From contig CM120646.1 in the NCBI GenBank assembly GCA_051362555.1, positions 4,154,001-4,218,000 on the forward strand: a stretch of 64,000 bases of DNA, in the 5' to 3' direction. The position numbers and the translations under genes were made by a program. Shown here one piece after another: positions 23,608 through 35,431 of the stretch. The notes beneath the pieces are model-generated. The model was not told the origin of the DNA. It searched no databases and saw nothing but the letters and a program-made list of their open reading frames with translations. The DNA is from Lingula anatina (Eukaryota; Animalia; Brachiopoda). Each line of letters opens with the position of its first letter. The first letter of the stretch is position 1.

Positions 23608-26603
23608 TTAATCTGATAAATATTCATCTTGTTTGTGTTCAATTTTCCTAGTATTCCCAACAACACTATCGTCTTGACTGACCTGATGAACAGAAGTTTT
23701 AGCTCTTTTGGTACCGAAGTTAATTTTGTGCACAATATCTTTTAACCCACTTAAGAATTTAGAGGCATTTTTGTCATGGCATTTTTCATCAGACTTCCCA
23801 GAGTGTAAAGTTTCTGTGGACGATAACAGATCCGAGGCAGGCGCCAAACTCGGTAAGTTTTTGTTTACTTGTTTACGGTTTGGTGAGTTTATAGTTCTAC
23901 TGTGTCCATCATACATGGCTTTAAATTTTTGAAGGAAAACTGAAGCCTTAGCACTGTTGTCTTCCTCCTGGGCCCTCACATCGCCAGTGTGACGGATATC
24001 CTCTGGAGGTGACGACGCCGATCCTCTCTCAATCCCCGTTGGTGTAACACAGTGCGGTCTAACACTTAACACATCTCCAGTATCAGGAACACCCTTTGTG
24101 GACAACACCTCTGCACTTTCCCTTCTCATATCCAGTACAGGTTGCTCCTCGAGAAACAACAGGCTGGCGGAGGCAGAGGTATCGGAAACACGATCGAAAG
24201 GGCCATGTTTGAAATCTTTCACTGGCGTATCACAGAATTTGTCAATGACGGGAGGGCTAGGGGACCGCGTACGATCAGCAGTGGGTTCATAAGCTGGCAT
24301 GTTCAATTCTTTACAGTTTTCTTTCTCCAACAGAGGAGCCTCTGAATCATCTGTCGTCTGCTTTAAACTCTCGTCATAACATGCGTCACTAGTTGGGGTA
24401 GCCATTGGCATGTCTTCTTGGTCTAGGCCAGTGGATTTTTCATTATCTTCAACTGAGTTACTAAGAGACACCCCTGTATTAGGAATATGTGACCTTTTCA
24501 CACCAGAGTATGTCTTTAAATTGAATGTTTCACCGTTTGAAGCAGAGAAGCCTCCTGCAGAGGTGAAGAGGGGTTTGAGTTCAACTACGCACTTTGCGTT
24601 GAGCCTACTATCCTGTTGTTTGACCTCTTTCCTTCCAGAAGAAGACTCTTCAACAGGGATATCCTCTCCGCTGCTCATTAAAATTTGTGCAGCATTTTCC
24701 TCTATTTGTTTGCTATTATGCACATATCCTGTTTTTGAACTTATTTTATTTTTAGTATGCAGGATGGGGTCTGTCTGACAAGAAAAATCACATCTGTTTG
24801 TTTTTTGAATTTCTACATCCCTAGTCAAATAATCAGAAACATCCTGCATCTCTTTGTTTTCCATTTTTATTGGAGATCCTTCTGTCGTTATAGAGTTACT
24901 TGCTGACTTAGATATTTCACTACAGTTCTGCTCCTGATCCAGCTTGGATTCTGCTATAGAACATGAACTAGCTTTATCTTTGGGGACATCATTTCTAAGA
25001 GGGCTTGGCTTTGTGATCTCCTCCTTAATTTCCACTTTGACGGGAGAAGTTTGTATGTCACTTGTGTTGTCCACTTTTCTGTGCTCTGGAGAGGAAAGGG
25101 TTTCATTTTTCACCATTTCTAAAGTTTCTGGGGCATCATCAGTATCCTCTCCCTCCACATTGTGAGATTTGCTGCTCCCTTTCAATTCCACTTCTTTTTT
25201 CCTTCTTGCCCTCCTTTTCTTTGGTTTAGGCTGGCTTTCCCCTTGTGAGTTCACCATAAACTGGTGGAAGGGATAATAGCCAGGGTGAAACCCTTGAAAC
25301 TGGTGCATGTAAGGTGGTGCCACCTGTGAGTAGACCACAGTACTACTGCCTGAGGTGGAGACCGGGTAAGGCTGCAGGTACCGGGCGCCAGAATGGTGGT
25401 GCTCCATTATCATCCCTGGTTGGGGCTGTGACATGGGGGTGCTGCATCCCTGTGAAATCATCATCTCCACAGAACCAGGCACTTGCTGGTTTACACCTGG
25501 GGGGCCACTGTTCCCACTCACCTGTGGGTGAGTGCTATTCCCAGGGGGGACCGTGCTATTCCCTGGGGGTGCTGGCACTTGGCCCTGAGACATGGCCGCC
25601 AGAGCCTGGCTGTAAGCCATTCGGGAGTTCATCATACCAGGTTGCATCATACGAAACAACTCTGGGTTCTTACTGGCTATAGCACTGGCTATGGCATACC
25701 CCTGTCTGTAGGCTGGGTGAGACTGCATGGACTTGGGGAAGGCCTTCACTGGACTGCTAGATGTGGCTGGATCAGTGGCAGTAGTGGTTGGGGCAGTGCT
25801 GCAGTCACCCTTCAACGGCACCTGGATGGGCGTCTGGCCTTCACTGCGGTTTTGATCTGTGTTTTGATGATGCTCTACACTTTGGACTTTGGCTGGTGTC
25901 AAGGTTGGAGAAAAGCTAGAAGTTTCAGCAGTTTTGCGACTGGTGTATTTCTCTACTGTTATTGGCACTTCAGGGGGAGCACTGGACAAGGACACCTTGT
26001 TCACAGTGACAGCCGCCTCCTCCTCCTCTGCAACTATATGTGGCAGCACTGTGGGATACAGAGGCGGAGCAGCATCAGCGCTTGTTGGAGTTATGGGAGA
26101 TAATCTCATGCTTTCAGCCAGAGAGGAGGGAATGTCTAGCTTCTTGTCTGTGGAGCCCACAGGGTCTGTAGTGATTCCACTCTCCTGTGCTGACACCCGT
26201 GGTATGGTTGCTGAGTTAGTGGTGTGGAATGCCCCTGGACTGGCTGATGTGGTCACTGGGCTGGACTGGGCAGTGCTCTGGACAACTCCAGGAGCTCCCC
26301 TACTGATCACAGAGGTGGCTGAGACCGAACCAGGCAGCGTAGTGGTCTGAGGAAAACTGGACATTCCCCCAGGAAGCGGTACCATGGGCTGGCCTGTGCT
26401 GGTCCCCATCCTGGGTCTCATGTGGTACATCCCTACTGGCAATCCAGGCATACCAGCATAAGGATACATCATCATACGGGGTGGGATCCCTGCAAGGTGC
26501 CCTGCCATATGAGGATACATCATGGGGGGCATTGGCACCAATCCTGCAGCAGGGCTCTGGGTTACAAATGGAGTGCTGGCAATGCTGCTGGGGGCAGATA
26601 CAG
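23608..26603 (-). CDS. BCL3-like exon 9 (terminal, 2996 nt; Pro/Met/Gln-rich then Ser/Lys/Glu-rich)
   Basis: Contains the 977-aa ORF; acceptor attcctttcAG at 26604-26606, phase 1; stop at 23608. Confidence 0.85.
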
Positions 26604-29600
26604 CTGAAAGGAATCAATATAATTAGGCTGAAAACAGCAAAATGACTATGGTTCCTTCAGAATCGGGTGCTAAATAGCCCGAGGGTCAAATATGGCCACC
26701 TACTACAAAGCTTGCTGTCTAATCTGCTAATAGATGCTGTATAGATTTCCCGTGGGGAAGTATTCAAGTGGGTCAGCTGTATTTGACCCTCTGACTAGTT
26801 AGTCCCCTATTCTGTATGGGGCCTATGGTAATCAAAAGGGCATTTAACGATATTGCGTTTGTATGATACAGTGAAATTTTTTGGGTAAGTTGAGTCACTT
26901 TGGAGGTGATCTCCCAACGCACTTAAATAAAAAACAATGTCTCGATTTACGTTTATTTTTGGGTGCAGTTACAGAAAGAAAGAAAATTCCACATCATTGA
27001 AACTATTTGACATGATCATGGTATTATTAAATATATTTCTACTGAAATATTAGCCTACACTACACACCTGGCAAAACAAACAAAAATCTAATTAAAAAAT
27101 TGCATGTGTCTAGCCATGTTTTTGACATTTGGCACCACACGTGTGTCATGCAAACAACAGTACACCTGGTTACCTGTCTGACGCATATCTATTTCATACC
27201 TAATTTTTCTGCCCCAACTCCTTCTTTCTTTGTCTTTACATCTGGAACTTCTTTTTGATCACTGGTATCAGTTATAGCAGTTTTTTTAGCGTCACCATGT
27301 ACTTTCTGCAATACTTTTTCCAGTGTAGACTCTGACACTTTGCTGAATTTTGCATTGCCTGAAGCTGACGTTTTGACTTGACTTGTCTCTGGTTTATTAG
27401 AATGGGGCACTGAGGGCCTGGGTGCTGTAGAAGAATCAGTATCGGGCCGACTTGAATATTTTGAGGCTGGAACACCAGTATCAGGCTGACTTGAATCTTT
27501 TGAAGCTGAAACACTGGCAGAGTTTGTAGCCAAAGTTTCATTCACAGATGGCACCACTGTGGCCTCAGTAGCAGATGTGTGTGGGTATGTGGTAGACATT
27601 GTTTCTGGTGCTGAAACAGTCACTGCAGCTCCAGTAGCAGGACCTGATAACTTCTCTTTAGATTCCTTGATCCCCACATTTGTTTGGTTGGAGTCAGTAG
27701 GACAGGCAGTATCTGACATGGATGACATAGTGGAAGAAACAGTAGTGGCTGAAAATATACAGAAAAACTGAAAATCAGTAAAAAAAAAAAAAAAAAGGAA
27801 TGAAAAAAAGTATTTAAGTTTCCATTGAAAATATGAAAACATTAGTTTCTTTAAGGTTGTTATCAAATTTTTAGCCAAAAATAGATAAGAAAAAGGAGGA
27901 TTTTAAAACTGTCATGGAAAGGATGAAACCATTCCAACAAACGTTCAATGATCTCTAAGAATGCTCAAAACCATGTATATAGTATTTCAGGAACTGATAC
28001 CTTAATTATCACAACTGATAGGTCACAATTTAAGTAAATTTCATCTTCACAAACTTGACGTAGGATATTATTCTAATCTTCATCAAGTATACAAGTGGCC
28101 TGAACAGCCCCCCCCCCCCCACCTTATACCTCTTGCAGTTAGGATGGATTTGGTTGAAAAAAGTGTGTTCGTGTTCGTGTGTGTGTGTGTATGAGTGTGT
28201 GCAGAGGTGTGTGTGTGTGGGGGGGGGGGAGGAGGAGGGGGGTTAGGGGAAGGGGCTCTTTTGTCATTTGCACAAGTTCAAAATCAACTGGTTTTGGTTT
28301 ACCATGAAGTATCTTCTTACCAGTGCCTGGCTTTGGTGATTCAGTCGGGGTGGGCGGCTGGCTGGGACGAGCGGGAGAGGGACGTTGACTCAACATGTCA
28401 GGTGTGGTAGAACGGGATGTCTCTCTGGACTGAAAATAAACCGTCAAGTTCTTGAACTCACAGGTGACATGCAGTATGGCTCTAAGCATTTGTTTTAAAA
28501 CTTAAAAGAATAACCGTTTATGAACACCTGGTTCCTCTTCCCATATGTGTTCATGGAAAATCACATATATTTTGTGTATTAAATTTTTCAATAAAAAAAA
28601 AAAATTCAAACTTTTTTTGCTTGCTAACTACATATGAACAAAGTGTGTAAAATGGGATGTGAATTATGAAAATATTCCAGTTTGGAGGAAAAAAACTTTA
28701 TTAACTCAACAAAAAATACATCCCAGTCCTACCTTCCTATCTTTGGTGCTGGAGAAGATACCATCCTCCTTGCTGCTGCGCACTGACGTATCTGCTCCAT
28801 AGCGTATCAGCAACATGACGACGTCCATGTGGCCGCGTCCCGAGGTGGCCTGCAGGGCAGTGGTCCCGCTGTAGTTCTGAAGGTTGACGCTGCATCCGAG
28901 ATCCAGGAGTTTTTTCACCATCTGGTACTGGTTGTTCTCTGCTGCATGAAACAGGGCAGTTTTTCCACTTTTCCCATCCTGGGGAGAAAAAAATTAAATA
29001 TCACTGACATGATGATTAACAGAGGTGAGATAAAAATTGGTTAAGTCCTTTATATCATGGCCTCATTCAGGAGCATGAAATGCAAAACAAATGACAAAAT
29101 TCTTCAGAGAGATAATCAACTTTAAAGTCAGAAAGTCTGTTATCACTTAATAGGTAATGACAACTTTATATAAATAAATTTCTGTCTGTTCCAAGATTGT
29201 CCCAAATGAATCAAACCTGGGCAGACAACTCCTTCCTTAAATCTGAAACAAATCTGACTTCATAACTGAACCAATTTTCAAAGAATTCTGCAGAAGAAAC
29301 AACAATTCTGTAACTCAACCCGTTTATTTCCCGTAATTGTTTTGCCTACACATCCTTCATCTTACCATTGCATCAACATCAGCTCCGTGCGCCAGTAACA
29401 ACTCCACGGCCTCAAAGTTGTTGTGGGTAACTGCTACATGAACGGGAGTGTGGCCTGCAAGACAGACAGAAACTTCAGTCAAATCTCCTCCTTTTTCCCA
29501 ACATAAAACTTCAAACACTGTCACCACTTCTGTATCTCTTGATCATTTGTGAAAAGAATTGAATGACTTAAACAGCTTCACAATTTTCATTTACTTATAA

Positions 29601-32600
29601 GAAGTTGTGTTTAAAATCATATTACCTTTCACTGATTAAAAGAAATCTTTTTTATAATGAGCAAAGCATGTTTTATCATAGTAATGTTTCAGAACAATAA
29701 TTGCTTTACTGAAGTTGACTACATAACTTTGGCCTTAAAGTTTAGACCAATTTTGGGGCTAAAGCTATATTTTGCAACCAGACCCCTCCTCCCCCCCCCC
29801 AATGTCCCCCATCTACAATACTACCAAGCCTACATCTACACAAGTGATGTCTGTGATTACAATCTTTATGGCACAATATATCACAGCACAGTAATATAAG
29901 TGAATGGCAACCAATTCACCTAGAGCTAGGAAAGACAGTGACACAAGAAGAGCCAGCAAATCACACCAGAGCACACAAATCATTGATCATACCACCTTCG
30001 TAATCCCTGGCGTTTATCTCAGACTGAATGTCCGACTGGCGTAAGAGAATCTTGAGGCAGTCATTAGGCGGCCGTTTCGCGGCAAGATGGAAGGCGTTCT
30101 GTCCATGGCGGTTCGGTAAGGCTGTGGTGGCGCCATGCTGCAGGAGTTTCACCACTAGCTGCCATTGCTGGGTGATCACAGCCAAGTGAAGGGGAGTCTG
30201 AAACCACACAGTTATTCAGTATTTATAATTGAAGAATATGGTCGCACTCAGAACAGGAGACTAACTAGTGAAAGGTGTCAGTAGAAACTTATAAACATCA
30301 ACACATCTAGATACTATGTACCTTGGTGATAAAGAGCAAACTGTTGAAATTTTCAAGAAAATTACATACATGTTCATCTCTAGGAATAGAGAGGTCTTAA
30401 GCTCACTACTAGTCTTGTAATTGAAAAAAGTCCAGTAGCTTACCTGTCGCAGTTTATTATACACATCCACTGACACATTGGACATCTTCATGAGTTGAAT
30501 TAACTTCTCCACAGCTTCTGCCTCCTCCTGTACCACTGCGATGTGAAGAGGCCTGTAAAAATCGCAGGAAGAGGTTATTCAGCCCATTCAGAATAGAAGA
30601 TCCTGGATCTTCTGAACCATGGATCAAATATGGCAGACCCTTCATGAAAGAAGAGCCGTCACAATTTAGCTGACATTTTCAAACTATAAAACATGCAGTT
30701 TTGTCTCTTTAAAAACAATTTACCCTATTTTCTATTTAAGTTAACTGTTCAGGATTCTTGGAACTTTGAATATTGGAAAAGTCACACAAGTTTTGAATGT
30801 CTCTCTAATTTTTACTTCAGTGCTACATCCTTTACCTCATTTACTTTTACCATGATACTTCTTTGACATTATTTGCCCAAAAGTAGAGGTTCAGAAAAAT
30901 TAACATTTTAAGGTAAATCTAGCAATATTTTGCAAAACTAAATGATCGTCTAAGTCACTAATAAGATCGCTGTTGGGTAATTGAGCTCCTGCTGACAACA
31001 GTGACACAAAAAGACGTCATAATCAGGACATGGCATTTTCCATGAAATTAAACTGCCTTCCAGCCCTGCAGGAAACTACTGCATGTTTACAGTTGTTTCA
31101 TTTTGAATATCCAAGATGTAACAAAAAGATTACACAGAGAGTAAGGACATTATACTCTATCAAACTATGATCAGTCTTTATTAAAACAGGCCTGTATTAC
31201 ATAGTAGCATAGTAATAGTGCCTTCCCTATATAGGCACATAAAATGGCACATTAAAATTTTAATTTTGTGTCCTCTTACAAGTCCCCATCCTCGTCCTTT
31301 CTGAGAGCCATCTGACATTCTGCGAGCATAATCAAGCTTTGCTGTGGATCAACCGCCATGACAGCTGCGCCAGCGGCTGTGTTGTATATGGCAGGCTGTA
31401 GGCTGGGGGCAGTGGTAACGGCTGGAATGCTCACGGAAGCACTGCTGAGAGGAGCTGAAAAGGTGCAAACACAAAATTGTCAATGAGATAACAATTTTTT
31501 TTACCAATTGGACATGAAAAATACCTTCACCAGATGACAGCCTTGTTTTGCAGCTCCAAATGTTGTCATTTCAGATTAGTTTTTGTCCAAATGAGGGCAA
31601 CTCATTCTTTTAAATTAGGTCAGGACTTATAATTAGATTCAATAACTTGTAGATGTCACCCTTTCACTGCTGCATATATTTTACCAGTTGTACAAGTGAA
31701 CATAATATAATACTTTTAAAATGTCAAACACATTAATTTTTTAATTCAATCATACATTTTAGTTAATTAAAGGGATAATAACTCTTCGTTTCGGCCAAAA
31801 AATGAATTTTCCTGGAATAAACAACAATTTTCCCATACTTACCAATGGTTAATGAATCCATTTTTACATTCAAAGTTAGTCCCTGGTTTTTTTCTAAAAA
31901 GTTTGGTTTTTTGTTAAAATCTCTTAAGAGATTTTATCAGAGTATAGCCATCAATGGAGGTCACATGGTCTAAAGACAAGCTCAGATATCAGAATAATAG
32001 CTATAACTGCCCTTTTTGTGGTGAAACAGAATATATTATATTTCTATGAGTTATTCACAATGTTTTTATTGTGAAATATAGATCTCATATGAAGAGTTAT
32101 TATCGCTTTAATCAATTAATTATTTTATTTATTTCAATATTTTCTTTATATTATTTTCATATAATCATTCATTCACTTTTTCTGTTTGTTAGTTTTTCCC
32201 CCCTTAAAACTGTGCCTTGGTATTTTTTCCATGCAGAAGCCCTGAAAAGGGTTGATCCAAATCATGAAGTCCCCACTACGTACCGACCTTTACCTATCAT
32301 GGCACCACCGATAAGGTCAGCTTATCTTGCAGGACGTCTAATGTTCAATATCGCACTTTTCTTGATAACATGCTATCAGGTTACAATTGATCTGTTTAAA
32401 TGTTAACAGGGTCATAGTAATATAGGTCACAGTTTTGTAAGTGCCCTTGAGATATCTACACTGTATTCTAGAGTACTTTTAAAACATTTTCTACCTGAAT
32501 TAAATGTATATATAAAAATATAAAAATAACAGATCCTGGGCAAGAGCATTAAATGGTACAGATAAAAGAGGATTTCTTCTTAACTGTTCATGTTTATCAT

Positions 32601-35093
32601 TAATATTCATTTATTTATTTTTATTCAAATTTATTGGTCATCATTCACTTTTTCTACAATGTTCTTAATTACCACGAGTGTCTTGCATATTTCCCCAGGG
32701 TCAAACAATCGCCAAGCTCAAACAAATAAATGATAGTGACTCAACTGTTCAAAAATCTATAAAAAAATTATATGCAATTCACTTAGTAACAACATCCGTC
32801 ATTTTTCCCCACATACTCTATGAATTTAACCCCAGTACCCTTGAAATGCCCTCAAGTTACAGTTTTACTTCCGTCTTTTGGGTCCACACATCTAACATAC
32901 GAGAGAGATGGAAAAGAACAGAGCAGGGACAAAGGGACCAACATTCCATTGATCCATTCTTATGTATTCAATTCATATGATCCCGTTCAACTAGTTTTCA
33001 TACACACGCATACACACATCAGATCCTGGTGACCTAGTTCTGCTTGAATAATGACAAACAATTCTGTACACAAGGTTTCGAAAAACACCATTCACTATGC
33101 CTGTCATGAGCTATAAATAGATATGAGTGCGCTGGTAAAGGTTGATGGTTTTGGTTGTGTGGAAATATTGTAAGGCAGAGAGGATAGGGGTGGAAAGTGA
33201 AATATGTTTCAACATTTCTTACACAATTGTAGTTTTGCTGCTAGGCTTGACACAAATCATGAACTATACTGCAATTCAACATGCACAAGTTAATACACTT
33301 GTACATCATAGGGTTAACTAAGAAGGGGGGGGGGGTTCTTATATGCTAGGTCCATTAGTATAAAATTACAGTAATGGCCCAATCGTTTCAACAAGGAAAA
33401 TGTTAATTTTACAGATACTGCATTTTTCATTGAGTGGTAGCAACACAGTTGAAAAGCAGACTACTTAATAGCTCTATGTAATACGGTAAAAGCACCAAAA
33501 TGCTTCATAGCAATGTATTTTTAATGGTTCCAAAATTATGTATCTAAAAAATTGATAATTTTTCTTGGTTGAAATGATGCAGCCAATACTGTATTTTAAT
33601 ATATAATCTAAATCTACCATTGAGACCAAGGCAAGGGCAGGCATGATTTCTTAATCCATTTTGCCTGTTTTACTGATAGCAATGATGCTTCTGCATTTCC
33701 ATATATCCGGTTTCATTTTATTGTACTGGTACACATGAGCTGTTCAGAAAAGCATACTCATAGCAGATCTGTAGCCAGCAATTTGTTATACTGAATATAT
33801 TAACCTTTTTAACCACCTTAACTAGAGAAACAGCATAGAACCTAGATCGTAGCCCACTTCGGACTTCATCTAGGAAATCCTCACTAACTAAGAGGGGCTT
33901 GACAGCCACTGCTGCAGCTTACTTTGACTGCAAAATAAAACTTTTATCTCTGTCAGATCTGCTTAAAACAAAGGAAGTCTAGAATTATGACACACCTCAT
34001 TAGAAAGACTTCCACAGTTATGAAATTACTTGTTAATTATTTTCAATGTGGTTTTAGATGAATCAATTTGGTTAATGAGAAGAGGAAGGAATTAAGGTAA
34101 TCATCTGCTAATCTCATGGGCTATAGGCAGAAGAAGACTTAAAGGGCAAATAAAATAAATCTGAAACGGAAAATTTTCTAACATGTTATCATTTTAATAA
34201 TAACAACAACAACAATAATTATTATAATAATAATAATAAACATATCTTTAACATATTTAATCAGACTATCATTCTTAAACAAAATATCTAAACATATATA
34301 CGAAATGCAAAAACAGATGCATACTCTTCTCAGGACTGCTCTGTGCAACTTTCATCTGGCTTGCATCTGTTTCTGCGTTCTCTGCAATAAATCTCCGTTT
34401 CTTCGGCGGCAGTCGTATATTTGTCGTAAAACTTGGTGTCCCTCTCCCACTGGTCTCACTGCCAATGCTGCTGATTATGGCAGTGTCCACACTTGAGGGA
34501 TTACTGGCCGGAGAGGACACTGCACTGTCCACTGTATGTGGGTGGTCGGGGGACTTAACACCACCCTCTGTTAAGGACTGCTGTTTAGGGGCTGCTGGAC
34601 GTGGCCCAAGTCTTAATTCTAAGGCTGACAGGACTGAGGGTCCCACGGGGGGCTGGTTCGATATTAACATGGTGCCGTTAGAGGCAGAGTTCGTTTTACT
34701 TGTCCGTCTCCCCCTCCCCGCGCCCCTTTTACCACCTGAACCGCCCCCTCGCGGCTTTTTTGATGGGGCAGCAGTAATTTCAAAATCCTCCGTGCTTCTT
34801 GAATGGCGGCCACGTCCAGCTCGAGAGGAACGCCGAGTGGTTGACTTATCGGGAGATGTTGCGCTTGGAGGAGTGGCTGCACTAGTTCCACATGTGATAT
34901 TTGAGGACTCCGACCCTTGAACCAAGGCGTTCGGACGGGTTTGGAACCCATTCTCTGCACTCTGTATTCCGTTTACATTATTCGTAAAGTTTCTGTCAGT
35001 ATTTCTCCCGGCTGTCGCCAAAGAAGACAGAATCAGCGCGGCCTCTATATCGGAGGCAGTATCGTCCCTTTTGGATCGTTTTCGTGCCGCCAT
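23608..35093 (-). CDS. BCL3: BCL3-like nuclear IkB ankyrin-repeat protein, 9 coding exons, about 1747 aa (gene span)
   Basis: Exons 35093-34325, 31454-31280, 30552-30444, 30197-29996, 29454-29366, 28978-28733, 28429-28321, 27748-27200, 26603-23608 are all GT-AG and phase-compatible (5244 nt). The ankyrin run KDEDGDLPLHIAVVQ..VYNKLRQTPLHLAVIT..NRHGQNAFHLA..ARDYEGHTPVHVAV..GADVDAMDGKSGKTALFHAAENN..VNLQNYSGTTALQATSGRG..GADTS parallels vertebrate BCL3 as recalled. Confidence 0.88.
26648..26828. mobile_element. Degenerate palindromic MITE in BCL3-like intron 8
   Basis: CAGAAT..GAGGGTCAAATA arm versus TATTTGACCCTC..TAGTCCCCTATTCTG arm; same family as 55246-55430. Confidence 0.55.
27200..27748 (-). 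CDS. BCL3-like exon 8 (Ser/Thr-rich)
   Basis: tattttcAG acceptor, G|GTATGA donor, 549 nt, phase 1-1, inside ORF 27189-27878. Confidence 0.8.
28321..28429 (-). CDS. BCL3-like exon 7 (Ser/Pro-rich)
   Basis: SRETSRSTTPDMLSQRPSPARPSQPPTPTESPKPGT; ttttcAG acceptor and G|GTAAGA donor. Confidence 0.85.
28733..28978 (-). CDS. BCL3-like exon 6 (ankyrin repeats 5-6)
   Basis: DGKSGKTALFHAAENN..SGTTALQATSGRGHMDVVMLLIRYGAD; 246 nt, phase 0-0. Confidence 0.92.
29366..29454 (-). CDS. BCL3-like exon 5 (ankyrin repeat 4)
   Basis: (G)HTPVHVAVTHNNFEAVELLLAHGADVDAM; ttgcAG acceptor and ATG|GTAAGA donor; not in the ORF track. Confidence 0.92.
29996..30197 (-). CDS. BCL3-like exon 4 (ankyrin repeats 2-3)
   Basis: TPLHLAVITQQWQLVVKLLQHGA..NRHGQNAFHLAAK..INARDYE; tandem donors G|GTG|GTATGA mean the end could be 29993. 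Confidence 0.9.
30444..30552 (-). CDS. BCL3-like exon 3 (ankyrin repeat 1)
   Basis: PLHIAVVQEEAEAVEKLIQLMKMSNVSVDVYNKLRQ; ttttacAG acceptor and CAG|GTAAGC donor. Confidence 0.92.
31280..31454 (-). CDS. BCL3-like exon 2
   Basis: PLSSASVSIPAV..MLAECQMALRKDEDGD(L); cttttcAG acceptor and TT|GTAAGA donor; not in the ORF track. Confidence 0.88.
34325..35093 (-). CDS. BCL3-like exon 1 (basic, disordered N-terminus)
   Basis: ATG at 35093 (MAARKRSKR..) inside ORF 34275-35144; phase-1 donor A|GTATGC matches exon 2. Confidence 0.8.
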
Positions 35094-35328
35094 TAATGTC
35101 AATAATTCTAGTTTTGGATCGCGCAATATAAATGTCTTGTTCAATTTAGTCGATTTCCGTTCATTCTCAGATCAGCTGGGTATGTAATAATCTACATTAA
35201 AGAGCACATGTCCCGTTCACGCCCCCTCATGTGTCCTAGCCGCTGATGCCATGTTAAAACCTGGTAAAACCCCAAAAACTATCGTTGGTCAAATGACCTC
35301 ATTTCGTTTCAGGCACAGCTCGTTGCTC

Positions 35329-35431
35329 GGGAAAGTCCCACTTGTCATGTGATTAAATTGACCAATCGGTGCGCATGTTTACCAAGGTGATATCATCGGG
35401 GATTCCCCGAATAGCATACTGGGATTTTCCC
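35329..35431. promoter_or_regulatory. Cluster of three NF-kB sites plus a CCAAT box upstream of the BCL3-like gene
   Basis: GGGAAAGTCCC 35329-35339 (reverse complement GGGACTTTCCC), GGGGATTCCCC 35398-35408, GGGATTTTCCC 35421-35431; CCAAT 35362-35366. Confidence 0.8.

Noticed and set aside
23708-26607. Plus-strand ORFs overlapping BCL3-like exon 9 (also 27559-27771, 34465-34920 and 5852-6133 opposite other exons)
   Set aside because: Antisense shadows of real coding exons with no independent features.
33718-33909. ORF MAVKPLLVSEDFLDEVRSGLRSRFY as an extra BCL3-like exon
   Set aside because: Out of frame with the phase-1 donor of exon 1; exons 1 and 2 already join cleanly.
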